Source: a virus. From it: a stretch of DNA of 64,000 nucleotides. Both the position numbers and the translations under genes were made by a program. Location: positions 3,677 through 67,676 of the IMG/VR virus record IMGVR_UViG_3300025141_008753; one strand, written 5' to 3'. The notes under the pieces are model-generated. The model was not told the origin of the DNA, searched no databases, and was given only the letters and a program-made list of their open reading frames with translations. Below, one piece after another: positions 1-9,906 of the stretch (positions are counted from its first letter, which is position 1; each line of letters starts with the position of its first letter).

Positions 1-16
1 GAGGAGCCAGGCTGGG

Positions 17-1867
17 ATGAGGGACTACCTGACGGAGTTTAGCGCAGATTTAAAGGCGTACATTAGTATGGCTTCGGGTAAAGACGATTTAAAACCAGAA
101 GATTTAACAAAAGACCAGAAGAGGGCGGCTGACAGATTTATTCTAAAATCCAACGGGGGACAATTGTACTACAAACACGAAGACCCAAAATATGCCTCGA
201 TTGTTGGAGCTTACGCAGGCACTGGCAATTATAATGCATTAGGCATATCAACCCCAACGGGTGCGCTAAACAAGATGGCTCGTTCCCTTGTGAAACAGGG
301 CGTTATCGTTAAAGGTCGAAGTAATGACCCGGGACCCGCCGCTCGCCAGCTTACCGGAGATGTCCTTGAGCATGCTCTTGCTATGGCAACTAACTGCTCT
401 AAGTTGGAAGGGGATGCCCTTCTTAAATGTAGGAAGAAAAATATAGATAAGGTGATTGCCGGGATACGAGGCTCTACAAAATGGCAAGCAATGAAGGAAG
501 CAGTGGACCAGGGTCATGGGAAAATTGAAGGTGGTGTCGAAGGTTTAGGAAATTGCTTTGAGACAGCAGATGCTGAAGCTGTTAAAGAGTTGCTGGATAT
601 GGTAGAAGAAGATTTAGGCTTGGAACCAGGTACTGGTGAATTGGAGCATTTAGCTGTATACTTTACTGTGGCTAGTGCTAAGGGGCTGGAAGAAGCAGGA
701 GAGGTACTGGCAGAAGTTTGTCCCGGTATTGAACTGGAACAGCTAGGTACTGGAGAAAAAGGGATTAACGACGAAGGAACCCGAACCAACGTAGATGCTG
801 GTGGTAAGTGTGGGGGCGACATGGAGGCGTTGCGACGAGCCCTCGCCGAACACACAGGGGAAGGGGATGAGAAATTCTCTCAATGTGCGAAGCAATCAAA
901 GAACTTGAACGCCAGCGTGAAATCCATGCAGGGGAAAAATGCCAATACCAGCGACCTAGGAAAGAGAAGTAGAGGCGGCGACACGCCCGAAGGTATCGCT
1001 GCGAATATTCAGAATGGGGGTGATTACATGAGATGTATAGGAGAAAAATCAGGACACAGCCCTAAGGAGGTCGAGGTGGAAACAAGGAAGATGCAGGAAG
1101 CTATGGCGAAGGAGGATAAGGACGTAGAGACGGTTATGAACGCGATTGATGAACTGGACAACGCATCCATAGACGGCATCTTGAAGAAGCTTCAAGGGGA
1201 AATTGGTGGAACAGACCTCGCGTCACTGGAAATAATAAAAGGTATGAGGGACGATTTCAAATGCGCTGCCAACAAAAACATCCACAAACTAAAACAAAAA
1301 GCTTGCCGGGCTCGCGCTGAGGCTGCGTACACTCAGGTCCGGCGTGTAAGTAAAATGGGCACCTCTGAGGGTCGTAGACTGTATGCCGGTAATGTGCTGC
1401 GCATGCAGGCGACTGAGGATTCTATTAATTTAGGTATAGACCTTAGAAATGGTCTGAACAACATGGAAGTTTCTATGGGAAACGAGCAGCAAATATCAGG
1501 TAAATTAGCTGAGTCGTTATTGTTCGGAGACCCTGCCCCCACTCAAGAGAATTTTCACATAACTAAAGACGGCATCACTTATACCCCTCCGAAAGAGCAT
1601 GGAGTGCATGATGGTCCTTCGGTAACTTTAGAGTCCAGGGTTAAGGCGGAGAGATGCAGCACTATGGTGAAGACTCACGAAGCCTACCAATCGAAACAGA
1701 AGGTTCCAATCTCCAAACTTAAGGGCTCAATCGCAAAGCAGGCAGAAGCCATAAAGAAAGAAAAGGCTGCTAAAGAGAAAGAAGAGGCTGAGTCCCTAAC
1801 GGATGTTCAGCGAGCCTTGGGTCTTGTCCAGAAGATTATTGAAAAAACCAAGAATCGTCAAGCCTAA
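17..1867 (+). CDS. Hypothetical protein, probably 5'-truncated by the window edge
   Basis: 616-aa ORF; the frame is open back to the window start; no motif recognised. Confidence 0.75.
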   Translation: MRDYLTEFSADLKAYISMASGKDDLKPEDLTKDQKRAADRFILKSNGGQLYYKHEDPKYASIVGAYAGTGNYNALGISTPTGALNKMARSLVKQGVIVKGRSNDPGPAARQLTGDVLEHALAMATNCSKLEGDALLKCRKKNIDKVIAGIRGSTKWQAMKEAVDQGHGKIEGGVEGLGNCFETADAEAVKELLDMVEEDLGLEPGTGELEHLAVYFTVASAKGLEEAGEVLAEVCPGIELEQLGTGEKGINDEGTRTNVDAGGKCGGDMEALRRALAEHTGEGDEKFSQCAKQSKNLNASVKSMQGKNANTSDLGKRSRGGDTPEGIAANIQNGGDYMRCIGEKSGHSPKEVEVETRKMQEAMAKEDKDVETVMNAIDELDNASIDGILKKLQGEIGGTDLASLEIIKGMRDDFKCAANKNIHKLKQKACRARAEAAYTQVRRVSKMGTSEGRRLYAGNVLRMQATEDSINLGIDLRNGLNNMEVSMGNEQQISGKLAESLLFGDPAPTQENFHITKDGITYTPPKEHGVHDGPSVTLESRVKAERCSTMVKTHEAYQSKQKVPISKLKGSIAKQAEAIKKEKAAKEKEEAESLTDVQRALGLVQKIIEKTKNRQA

Positions 1868-2345
1868 CGAAATCCTCGTAGGCGTACACGAAATATTCTC
1901 CATTTATTTCCATTCTTCTGTGCACAGGATGAGAATTCCCTACTATAACTAATGTAGTGCGACGGGTCTTTTTGTAAATAACCATCCAATCCTTGTTTGC
2001 TGTTGAAGCATCTCTCTTTGCTTGGTTAATAAAGTCCCACAAATCGCTGTTCTTTTTAAAGGGGTCATCTAACTCTAAGGTATAACCTGATTTACACTCG
2101 ATAACAAATTTAAAATTTTGTGGAGTAATAAGGTCCCCTTGGATTTTAAGATGTTCTGGGAGATTCTTATGCGTTGTTGCAAAGGCTCCCGACCCCGGCG
2201 TTCTTGCAAACTCTTTGGTATTAAACCTTTCGTTTAGCGAGCTCGCCATTTTTCTCTCAAAGGCGTTCCCTTTTCGGCGACTGTTAACCCGCTTCTTTTT
2301 AGCGAATTCACCGTGTCCTAAAATATCGTCTAATTTCTTAGCCAT
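1836..2345 (-). CDS. Holliday junction resolvase-like PD-(D/E)XK nuclease (Hjc/T5 D14-like)
   Basis: NSRRKGNAFER...RTPGSGA...GDL...FVIECK motif pattern. Confidence 0.75.
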   Translation of the reverse strand: MAKKLDDILGHGEFAKKKRVNSRRKGNAFERKMASSLNERFNTKEFARTPGSGAFATTHKNLPEHLKIQGDLITPQNFKFVIECKSGYTLELDDPFKKNSDLWDFINQAKRDASTANKDWMVIYKKTRRTTLVIVGNSHPVHRRMEINGEYFVYAYEDFVRLDDSWFFQ

Positions 2346-2362
2346 AATACTATAATAGTAAA
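2346..2362. promoter_or_regulatory. Bidirectional -10 element between divergent start codons
   Basis: Palindrome TACTAT-A-ATAGTA; TATAAT (+) and TATTAT (-) each lie 6 nt before an ATG (2363 and 2345). Confidence 0.6.
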
Positions 2363-2710
2363 ATGTCAGAAAATCCTGATAAAATTAAAATTAAAATTAA
2401 TTCCGGAGAATTCGGAAAATTCAAAATCAAAAACAACGGTAGACGAATGAAACTTTACGTTAAACTAAACCAACATGAAACCGAGCAATGGGAGGCATTG
2501 CGGGAAGCTCTTACGGGTAACAATGTCAGCAACGATGAGCTAGCGCGTGTAATGTTCTTACGCGGTGTAATGGCTTTCACGACAGAGTTGAATGAGCGAA
2601 TCGAGAAAATGTCTGATGAAGATAAAGCCAAGCTCATGGAAGAAGCTGGTATTTCTGAAACTCAAGTTGAGGTGGAAGGTGCCTCTGATGCGGACAATAA
2701 AGAAAATTAG
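2363..2710 (+). CDS. Hypothetical protein
   Basis: 115-aa ORF directly after a TATAAT box. Confidence 0.75.
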   Translation: MSENPDKIKIKINSGEFGKFKIKNNGRRMKLYVKLNQHETEQWEALREALTGNNVSNDELARVMFLRGVMAFTTELNERIEKMSDEDKAKLMEEAGISETQVEVEGASDADNKEN

Positions 2711-3014
2711 TCAAGATAAGGAGCTTAATGAGATTCTAAAAAGACGTAAGTCGTCTAGTTTCTCGCTCCTTTATTACTCTTTATGGTGCAGTAGGTCCAA
2801 GACGGCGATTGCGCTGGCGGACGAATGGAGGGAGAGAGAAGGAGACGAGACGATGTACCTAGTAAATAGCTGGGACCTCCCGCAATCGTTTGCGGCGTTC
2901 TCCATCACTTCAGCCCCTACTCTCGTACACGTTAAAAAGGGCAAGATACGCGTGGATGTTGAATATCCAAAAGTATATTCTTACCTTACTGCGGGTCGTC
3001 CAAAAACTGCTTAA
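2688..3014 (+). CDS. Thioredoxin-fold protein lacking a full CxxC
   Basis: LLYYSLWCSRSK and FSITSAPTLVHVK resemble the WCxxC and cis-Pro regions; ATG 2688 preferred as start. Confidence 0.55.
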   Translation: MRTIKKISQDKELNEILKRRKSSSFSLLYYSLWCSRSKTAIALADEWREREGDETMYLVNSWDLPQSFAAFSITSAPTLVHVKKGKIRVDVEYPKVYSYLTAGRPKTA

Positions 3015-3351
3015 TTTTACGGTCTTTGTAGTCTTGAATTTTCTCTTGATACTTTTTATTCTTAGTATAAATGAGTTTCAGATTATTTACGATTACTGTA
3101 GTAAAATAATTAAAAGCCGAGCCTTTATCTGGAGTGAAGTTCTTTAATACTTTAAGCGCCAATACAAAGCACTCCTGTTTTGCGTCGTCGTGGTCCACCT
3201 TAAATTTGAAGGATAGGAGAATGTTGGAGATAAGTAAATCCAATTTTTCTACCAAATCATCGACATGACCCTCCTCATCTTCCAAATAGTTCTTAATAGT
3301 TGCCTCAAACTCCTTGTTGTTGAGGTAATGCTTACCTTTCTTTTTAGCCAT
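2986..3351 (-). CDS. T4 gp55-like late sigma factor
   Basis: HYLNNKEF...DDAKQECF...KNFTPDKGSAFNYFTTVIVN matches the gp55/sigma region 2 pattern. Confidence 0.7.
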   Translation of the reverse strand: MAKKKGKHYLNNKEFEATIKNYLEDEEGHVDDLVEKLDLLISNILLSFKFKVDHDDAKQECFVLALKVLKNFTPDKGSAFNYFTTVIVNNLKLIYTKNKKYQEKIQDYKDRKIKQFLDDPQ

Positions 3352-3363
3352 AACATGTAATAG

Positions 3364-4338
3364 ATGCAAGACTTAGAAAAATTAATACAAACTTTTGAAG
3401 AAACTAGTTCAGAATTCGATATAATACAAAACCCTGTAGGGGAAGAGGAAATTGTTTTCGTACATTCTTCTTACCATAAAAGTATGGGACAAGTATTCAA
3501 CTTTCCGGATAATGAATATGGGATTTTTACAAAACTTTTAAAACAGACAAAAATCCCCGAAAATTCGTATCAATTAGTTCCTGCGATTAAATTGGCTAAT
3601 ATTCCCGATGACGACATTGATACCAAGATGTTCCATAAGATGCGCCCGGTGCTTCACGATGAGATGGAGCAAATCAAACCTAAGCTAATTATCCCTTTGG
3701 GTAATGTGGCGATGAAGGCGTTGATTAAGAAATCCGGACTCAGTAATAAGAGAGGCAGGGAGTTTAAACTAGGAGACTTTCCTGTAGTACCGACATTTGG
3801 ACCAGACACTTTATTCTTAGAGCCTAAGGTACGGGACCTGTTTATACAGGATGTAAATAACGCTTATGATAAATTTATCCTAGAGACTAACAAGCTTGCA
3901 GACTCCACTTATGTTTTATGTAAGACAATGGACGAGGTTAATGAGAACCTAGACAAAGTAGAAGCTTGTGATGTAGTAGCAGTAGATTTGGAGACAACAG
4001 GATTAGACTTCAAAAAGGATAAGATTACAACTATTGGCTTTTCTATGGGGGAAGAGGAAGCTTTCGTCATCCCTGTTAATCATAGAGAGACGCCCTTTGA
4101 CGAGAAAGAGATAAAGCATATCTCTGAACGAGTAGCCAAAATTATGGCTAACGATAACATTGCTAAAGTTTTTCATTACTGTCAATTTGATTTAAAATTT
4201 TTGATGAACTTTGGCTCAACCACTTTTAACAACATTGAGGATACGAAAATTATGCATGCTTTGATTGATGAGAATTTGCCGCACGGCTTAATTGATTTAG
4301 TAAAGCAGTATTTCCCACATGAATTGGAGAAGTTCTAA
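3364..4338 (+). CDS. polA: DNA polymerase A, N-terminal part: UDG-like domain plus 3'-5' exonuclease motifs I-II
   Basis: IKPKLIIPLGNVA...PVVPTFGP (family-4 UDG-like, His replaced); VAVDLETTGLD (ExoI); FHYCQFD (ExoII); DTKIM. Confidence 0.8.
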   Translation: MQDLEKLIQTFEETSSEFDIIQNPVGEEEIVFVHSSYHKSMGQVFNFPDNEYGIFTKLLKQTKIPENSYQLVPAIKLANIPDDDIDTKMFHKMRPVLHDEMEQIKPKLIIPLGNVAMKALIKKSGLSNKRGREFKLGDFPVVPTFGPDTLFLEPKVRDLFIQDVNNAYDKFILETNKLADSTYVLCKTMDEVNENLDKVEACDVVAVDLETTGLDFKKDKITTIGFSMGEEEAFVIPVNHRETPFDEKEIKHISERVAKIMANDNIAKVFHYCQFDLKFLMNFGSTTFNNIEDTKIMHALIDENLPHGLIDLVKQYFPHELEKF

Positions 4339-4583
4339 TGACTCTAGAAGAGAAATACATATTACTTCGGCTCCTCGTGGAATGGGACCCATCTGTAGTC
4401 TCGGAAAACACTGGGAAGTTCAGGATGTCTAAATTGGATGCGCATCTAGACCGCTTAGACTTACCTACTGCAAAATCCATAGTGACAAGTCTCAAAGACC
4501 ACTTGGCTTCGTACGTTGACGATAATGATTTTTGCAACAATATCCAATGGTGTTTCCCAAGAATAAAGCATGTCTCCCAATAA
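4338..4583 (+). CDS. Small hypothetical protein between the polymerase halves
   Basis: 81 aa; TAATG stop/start overlap with the upstream ORF. Confidence 0.55.
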   Translation: MTLEEKYILLRLLVEWDPSVVSENTGKFRMSKLDAHLDRLDLPTAKSIVTSLKDHLASYVDDNDFCNNIQWCFPRIKHVSQ

Positions 4584-4621
4584 AGCGGAGAAATTTTAAC
4601 GCCACTTACTATTATTATATC

Positions 4622-5617
4622 ATGGATAAAATCAAAGCAGAATACATTTGGTTGGACGGCACAGAACACATGCCCCGCCTTAGAAGTAAAACCCGAATCA
4701 TCGAGGCTTCGGGCGAAGTCCCTGAATGGGGGTTTGATGGCGGGAGTACTTACCAAGCTGATAACGAGAACTCAGACCTAACTCTCAAGCCTGTAAGGGT
4801 TTACAAAGACCCGTTTCGCGAAGAAGACGACGTCCTCGTTCTGTGTGAAGTGTATGTCCCAGAAACAGGGCTTCCTCATGACAGTAATACGAGGGATGGT
4901 CTTTTAGATATGCCTGTAACAGATGCTCCACTATTCGGCTTTGAACAGGAGTACACTTTATTTAACGGTAAAATGCCTATCGCATGGATGTACAACGAGA
5001 TGCCAGAGCCACAGGGAGATTACTACTGCGGTATCGGTAATCGGATTGTGTACGCAAGAAATATGGCAGAAGACCATTTAGTTAAATGTCTGAAGGCTGG
5101 AGTGGATATCTACGGGATGAATGCTGAAGTTATGCCTTCCCAGTGGGAGTTTCAAACCACCGCCAACGACCCCCTCAAAGCTGCTGACGACCTGTGGATG
5201 GCTAGGTATATCCTAGAACGTGTAGGGGAAGCTTTCGGCTGTACTATTTCGTATGCGCCAAAGCCTCTTGCTGGAGAATGGAATGGTGCTGGATGCCATA
5301 CCAATTTCTCAACCAAACCCATGCGAGAGGGCTGGGACGCCATTCAGACAGCTATTAAGCGCCTTAAGAAGCGTCATGAGGTTCATATGCTATGTTACGG
5401 GGCTGACAACGAAGAACGCATGACAGGCGATTGTGAGACGTCTGACATCACTAAGTTCACGGTGGGAGAAAAAGACCGCTCTTGCAGCATTAGAATCCCC
5501 GCTGGTGTGTCCCGAGACAGGAAAGGATATATCGAGGACCGTAGACCAGCCGCTAATATTGACCCCTATCTCGTTTGCACTAGGATACTTAAGTCGGTAT
5601 GCTTAGACCAGGACTAA
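4622..5617 (+). CDS. glnII: Glutamine synthetase type II
   Basis: AEYIWLDG, LRSKTR, WGFDGGST, FGFEQEY, NAEVMPSQWEFQ, WNGAGCHTNFS, YIEDRRPAANIDPY; ATG 4622 lies 6 nt after TATTAT. Confidence 0.93.
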   Translation: MDKIKAEYIWLDGTEHMPRLRSKTRIIEASGEVPEWGFDGGSTYQADNENSDLTLKPVRVYKDPFREEDDVLVLCEVYVPETGLPHDSNTRDGLLDMPVTDAPLFGFEQEYTLFNGKMPIAWMYNEMPEPQGDYYCGIGNRIVYARNMAEDHLVKCLKAGVDIYGMNAEVMPSQWEFQTTANDPLKAADDLWMARYILERVGEAFGCTISYAPKPLAGEWNGAGCHTNFSTKPMREGWDAIQTAIKRLKKRHEVHMLCYGADNEERMTGDCETSDITKFTVGEKDRSCSIRIPAGVSRDRKGYIEDRRPAANIDPYLVCTRILKSVCLDQD

Positions 5618-5802
5618 GCGAACATGATAGAAATGAAGCACTTCGGCTTCTAACCGAGGTGTCTCGTACTATAACAAGCATAGGGGAAATTACCTTAGTA
5701 GACCATAAGGTAGACGGACGCTACGTAAATTTAATCTTTGACATTGGAAAAATAAAACAGGAGCTACATAATGCTAACAGTAACAGACGGCGGAACCCAT
5801 GA
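5599..5802 (+). CDS. Small hypothetical protein
   Basis: 67-aa ORF filling the gap between GS and the polymerase C-terminal ORF. Confidence 0.45.
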   Translation: MLRPGLSEHDRNEALRLLTEVSRTITSIGEITLVDHKVDGRYVNLIFDIGKIKQELHNANSNRRRNP

Positions 5803-7291
5803 TTGGGAAAACATGCCACTTGACGACATTGCCTTTGGTAATGCTATGGACTGCGATTTTACTCTTCGGTCCTTTAAGAAAATGCGTCGCGAGATGGAGA
5901 GTAAGCAAGTCGACCTAGTATATGATAACCTTCTGAAGTCTATTCTTGTAACTGCGTCCACTATAGAGAACAAAGGAATCTTAGTTGATACCGAGTATCT
6001 CGATGAAATAGATGAGATTCTAAAAGATGAAATTGAGGATATAAAAACGAGGCTTGCGACCCTCTCTCCTGTTTCTGACCTTAACCCCAACTCAAATTTA
6101 GAGTTGGCGGGCATTCTGTTCACGTCTGCGGGGTTTGATTTGCAACCTGTTTCCTTTTCGGAGAAGACTAAAACACCTCAAATATCTGAACAACACCTAC
6201 TCAAGGTTAAGGCTAACACGGACTCTGACGATGCTGTTGAGTTTATTGAACTCTTATTGAAGTATAAGTTCCGTGTTAAACAACATAAGACATACGTGAA
6301 CGGTATCAGGGATGCAATCACATACAACGAAGACGGACGGGTCTACTCCAGCTACAACTTCGGTACAGTAGTTACGGGTAGACTATCCTGCTCTACGTAT
6401 ACAGTAGGACCTAAAAAGAAAAAAGGCATCTCTTTCCATACTTTACCTAGACCTGACGAAAATGATAATATCAATCTAAGAAGGCTCATGATTCCGGACG
6501 GGGATAAGGTCTTCATCGCAGCCGACTTCTCACAGGCTGAGCTTCGTATGCTCGCACAATGTTGTCGTGACGAAAGCCTTATCGAGGCATTTAATAGCGG
6601 AATGGACTTACATAAGTTTACAGCCTCTATGGTGTTTGATAAGCCTATTGACGATATTACTAAGCAAGAAAGACAAATTGCCAAGAGCGTAAGCTTCCTT
6701 ATTGTGTACGGGGGAGGACCCCACAAACTATCTGAACAGATTGGAAAGCCTGTAGGTTACTGTAAAAGTATCTTTGCGGCATACCAGGAATCGTTCCCTA
6801 AGGTTTTTCAATGGATTAATGGAGTTCATAAGTTTGTCCGGGAGAATGAATACGCGGTAAGCCCTTTCGGACGCCGTAGACACCTCTCTAACGTGAAGAG
6901 CCCTAACCGCAAATACCAGTACAGAGCCCTGCGGCAAGGTATGAACTTCATCATTCAGAGCTCAGCTTCAGACTTGATGTTACACTCTATTAAACGATTA
7001 CAGAAGTATATCGAGGCTGCGGGAGTTAGCGCAGAGATTTTAGCGACTGTACACGACTCTGTGGAGTTGCAGTGCGATAAAGAGGATTTGGACAAAGTAC
7101 TAGAGTTGCTGAAGTTTTCTCTTACAAATACAGAAGATTTTAAAGATAATTATGGATTAGACTTTGTTGTTCCGTTTGAGGTAGATATCGAGGTCGGACA
7201 TTCCTTCGGAGACGGTAAGGAGGCTAAATTTACTCCTGAAGGACGACTAACGAATTTAACAGAACTTTATGAATACATCGAGAATAAGTAA
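5771..7291 (+). CDS. polA: DNA polymerase A, C-terminal part (ExoIII plus polymerase domain)
   Basis: GNAMDCD (ExoIII-like), TVVTGRLS, ADFSQAELR (motif A), RQIAKSVSFLIVYG (motif B), TVHDS (motif C). Confidence 0.92.
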   Translation: MLTVTDGGTHDWENMPLDDIAFGNAMDCDFTLRSFKKMRREMESKQVDLVYDNLLKSILVTASTIENKGILVDTEYLDEIDEILKDEIEDIKTRLATLSPVSDLNPNSNLELAGILFTSAGFDLQPVSFSEKTKTPQISEQHLLKVKANTDSDDAVEFIELLLKYKFRVKQHKTYVNGIRDAITYNEDGRVYSSYNFGTVVTGRLSCSTYTVGPKKKKGISFHTLPRPDENDNINLRRLMIPDGDKVFIAADFSQAELRMLAQCCRDESLIEAFNSGMDLHKFTASMVFDKPIDDITKQERQIAKSVSFLIVYGGGPHKLSEQIGKPVGYCKSIFAAYQESFPKVFQWINGVHKFVRENEYAVSPFGRRRHLSNVKSPNRKYQYRALRQGMNFIIQSSASDLMLHSIKRLQKYIEAAGVSAEILATVHDSVELQCDKEDLDKVLELLKFSLTNTEDFKDNYGLDFVVPFEVDIEVGHSFGDGKEAKFTPEGRLTNLTELYEYIENK

Positions 7292-8294
7292 GGTAGTAAT
7301 TCTAACAGACCTTCACCTAAGGTCGGATTACATGCCTGGATTTTTGGATACCCAAGTTGAAACTTTGCTCCATTACGCTAATAGGAAGCCGTGCTCACAC
7401 GTCGTTATAAACGGCGATGTTTTTGAGAGAAGGAATCCTACTGGGGAGGAGCTTTTAGCTTTTAGGAAAGTTCTGGACGGCATTAAGTGCAACAACATTA
7501 TTGTAAACAGGGGGAACCATGACACGCTACGCAAAGATGGCTCGTCGGAGACGGTCCTTAGTCTATTTTCAGACAAAGCGAAGATTATTACAGATACAGA
7601 GACAGTTAGAATTGGAACAATCGACTTCGACTTCATCCCCCACTACGAAGATGAAGACAGAATCATCCAAGACTTAAAGAAAACGAATAATCCAGTATTT
7701 GGACACTTCGGTTTTGATGGTTGCGTATCTAACGGTCACTACGCGTATGAAGCGCGAGTGAAGAAATGGCATTTCAAAAAGAAACCTTTTGGTTTCCTAG
7801 GACATATACACAAACCTCAAATTTATAATAATGTGGTTATTATGGGTACGCCTTATTCTAATACCTTCGGAGAAGCCAACGCTCAAAAGTTTATTCACGA
7901 GCTGGTGATTCGTGACCAAGAGATAGAACTTGTTAAAAAGCCCATCGACAGAGGTATTAAACACATAGTAGGAACGGTAGACCAGCTACCAGCGCTAGCT
8001 AAGAAGCATAGGTTCGACAGCTTCTACACGATTCTACGGGTTAAGTTGGATAAGCTGGACTCATACACAGAAGAGCAGTTAAGGGATAAGTTATTTGCTC
8101 AGTACCCTATAAAACATTTAGAGTTAGTATTCGAAGATGTCTTGCCTAAATTTGAATCAGGTTATGTTCCTGAGAACCGTATTTTTAGTTTAGACGAGAG
8201 TGTTATAAATCAATACATATCCGAAAGCGATACTGTGTTTTCTAGAGAAGATATAATGGGAGCTTTGGAGGAGATTAGAGATGAAATTAAATAA
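7269..8294 (+). CDS. Mre11/SbcD/gp47-like recombination nuclease
   Basis: TDLH, NGDVFE, GNHD, GHIH phosphoesterase motifs; adjacent to a Rad50-like gene. Confidence 0.88.
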   Translation: MNTSRISKVVILTDLHLRSDYMPGFLDTQVETLLHYANRKPCSHVVINGDVFERRNPTGEELLAFRKVLDGIKCNNIIVNRGNHDTLRKDGSSETVLSLFSDKAKIITDTETVRIGTIDFDFIPHYEDEDRIIQDLKKTNNPVFGHFGFDGCVSNGHYAYEARVKKWHFKKKPFGFLGHIHKPQIYNNVVIMGTPYSNTFGEANAQKFIHELVIRDQEIELVKKPIDRGIKHIVGTVDQLPALAKKHRFDSFYTILRVKLDKLDSYTEEQLRDKLFAQYPIKHLELVFEDVLPKFESGYVPENRIFSLDESVINQYISESDTVFSREDIMGALEEIRDEIK

Positions 8295-9891
8295 AATTGA
8301 GATTCATAATTTTCTTTCGATAAAGGAAGCTGCCATAGATTTTGATTCGTATGGAAATTTGGTCCGCATTGTAGGAAAGAACTTTGATACAAAGCCGAGA
8401 AGTTCTAACGGGGCTGGTAAGAGTTCTATTATTGAGGCGGTTATGTTTGCGTTGTTTGGGAAGACAATACGAAAGACAAATGATAAAAGTTTAAAGAATT
8501 ATCATACAAAAGGTAAGTGCCGCGTTGTTCTTACTGTTAACGGGGATACAGTCATAGAGAGAATTAAGAAAGCTCCTATGTTGTCCGTGACGGTAGCAGG
8601 AGAAAACTGTACACAAGATTCCATACAAGCTACTCAGAAATACCTAGAGAAGTTTCTTAACATTAACCATAATGTGTTCCTAGCCTCCATCGTATTTGGA
8701 CAACAGAACAACACGTCATTTTTAACGGCAACGCCCGACGAGAAACGTTCTATTATCCAGAGTTTCCTGTCAGTCAAAGACTTATTCCAGAACAGGTCCA
8801 CGATTAAATCATTAAAGACTAAGTATTTAAACGAAAAGAAGATTAATCTGACCTTACATAATGATGGATTAACTAAAATTGAAAGGTCGCAAAAGAAGAT
8901 TAAAAAGCTTAAAGGCATGCAAAAGCAGGCTAAACAGTTTTTAGCGTCTGATAAAGCTAAGTTTATTTTCGCTCACACGTTCAGTGAGATACAAGAGGCT
9001 GAAAGGTTGTTCCACGAGAAAGACGTAGAGTATGAACAAGAACAAGCTAGCCTTACCGCTAATAGAGCTCGTATCAATCAAACAAAAAAAGTTATTCTGC
9101 AAATTAAGGATACAGACTGTGAGCACTGTGGTAAATTGTCCCGCGCGAATTGGAATAATACACAAGACCTAGCAGCTAAAGTTGAGAAATGGGAAGAAGA
9201 AGATAGAGAGAAAGTAAAATATCTTCGTCAACTAGGAAAAGAAGTGGATGCGTTAGCTATACCTGTATCTGCAGAAGACTTTGAACTCATTGAAAAGCTT
9301 AAAGCTGTAGATACTGAAATTAAGATTTTAGGCAAGCAACTCAGAAACGAGAAGGGTCGTGTGAGGAAATACGGAGAGCTATCAGTGGCTGCTCAGAAGC
9401 GGTACGATTTGATGAGGTTTTGGGAGCACGCGTTCTCCGAAGCGGGACTTATTAAGTATATCATACGAAATGTCCTGGAGTATTTTAATGAGCGGTGCAA
9501 CTCGTACCTCAGCACTTTGACAAAAGGAAATTTTATGATAAAGTTCGATGATACTTTGAACGAGGTCATCTATAATAATGAAGTCGGAGCGCATTACGAT
9601 TCCTTGTCTGGAGGAGAGAAGAAGCGGGTATCCTTGGCTGTAATGCTGGGGCTTAATGACCTACTGCTTCTAACCGGAAAGGACAGGTCCAACGTAGTAT
9701 TCTTCGATGAGGTAGCGGAATCTTTGGATGCTGATGGAGTGAAAGGGCTAATCGAGCTGATTCACCAAGTCTCGGAGCATAAGAAACTGTTCTTAATAAC
9801 CCACAATGAATATCTCACGTCTTTAGTCGAGGAATATTCAGAAACATTAACGGTAACAAAACGTAATAACATTACCAAAATCACTAAATAA
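8281..9891 (+). CDS. Rad50/SbcC/gp46-like ATPase
   Basis: NGAGKSS Walker A, CEHC zinc hook, LSGGE signature, FFDEV Walker B, ITH. Confidence 0.9.
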   Translation: MKLNKIEIHNFLSIKEAAIDFDSYGNLVRIVGKNFDTKPRSSNGAGKSSIIEAVMFALFGKTIRKTNDKSLKNYHTKGKCRVVLTVNGDTVIERIKKAPMLSVTVAGENCTQDSIQATQKYLEKFLNINHNVFLASIVFGQQNNTSFLTATPDEKRSIIQSFLSVKDLFQNRSTIKSLKTKYLNEKKINLTLHNDGLTKIERSQKKIKKLKGMQKQAKQFLASDKAKFIFAHTFSEIQEAERLFHEKDVEYEQEQASLTANRARINQTKKVILQIKDTDCEHCGKLSRANWNNTQDLAAKVEKWEEEDREKVKYLRQLGKEVDALAIPVSAEDFELIEKLKAVDTEIKILGKQLRNEKGRVRKYGELSVAAQKRYDLMRFWEHAFSEAGLIKYIIRNVLEYFNERCNSYLSTLTKGNFMIKFDDTLNEVIYNNEVGAHYDSLSGGEKKRVSLAVMLGLNDLLLLTGKDRSNVVFFDEVAESLDADGVKGLIELIHQVSEHKKLFLITHNEYLTSLVEEYSETLTVTKRNNITKITK

Positions 9892-9906
9892 AAGGCAAAA
9901 AAGAAA

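Noticed and set aside
4339-5770. Intron or split intein in the DNA polymerase
   Set aside because: The interval is filled by ordinary ORFs; no group I/II core, homing endonuclease or intein terminal residues were seen
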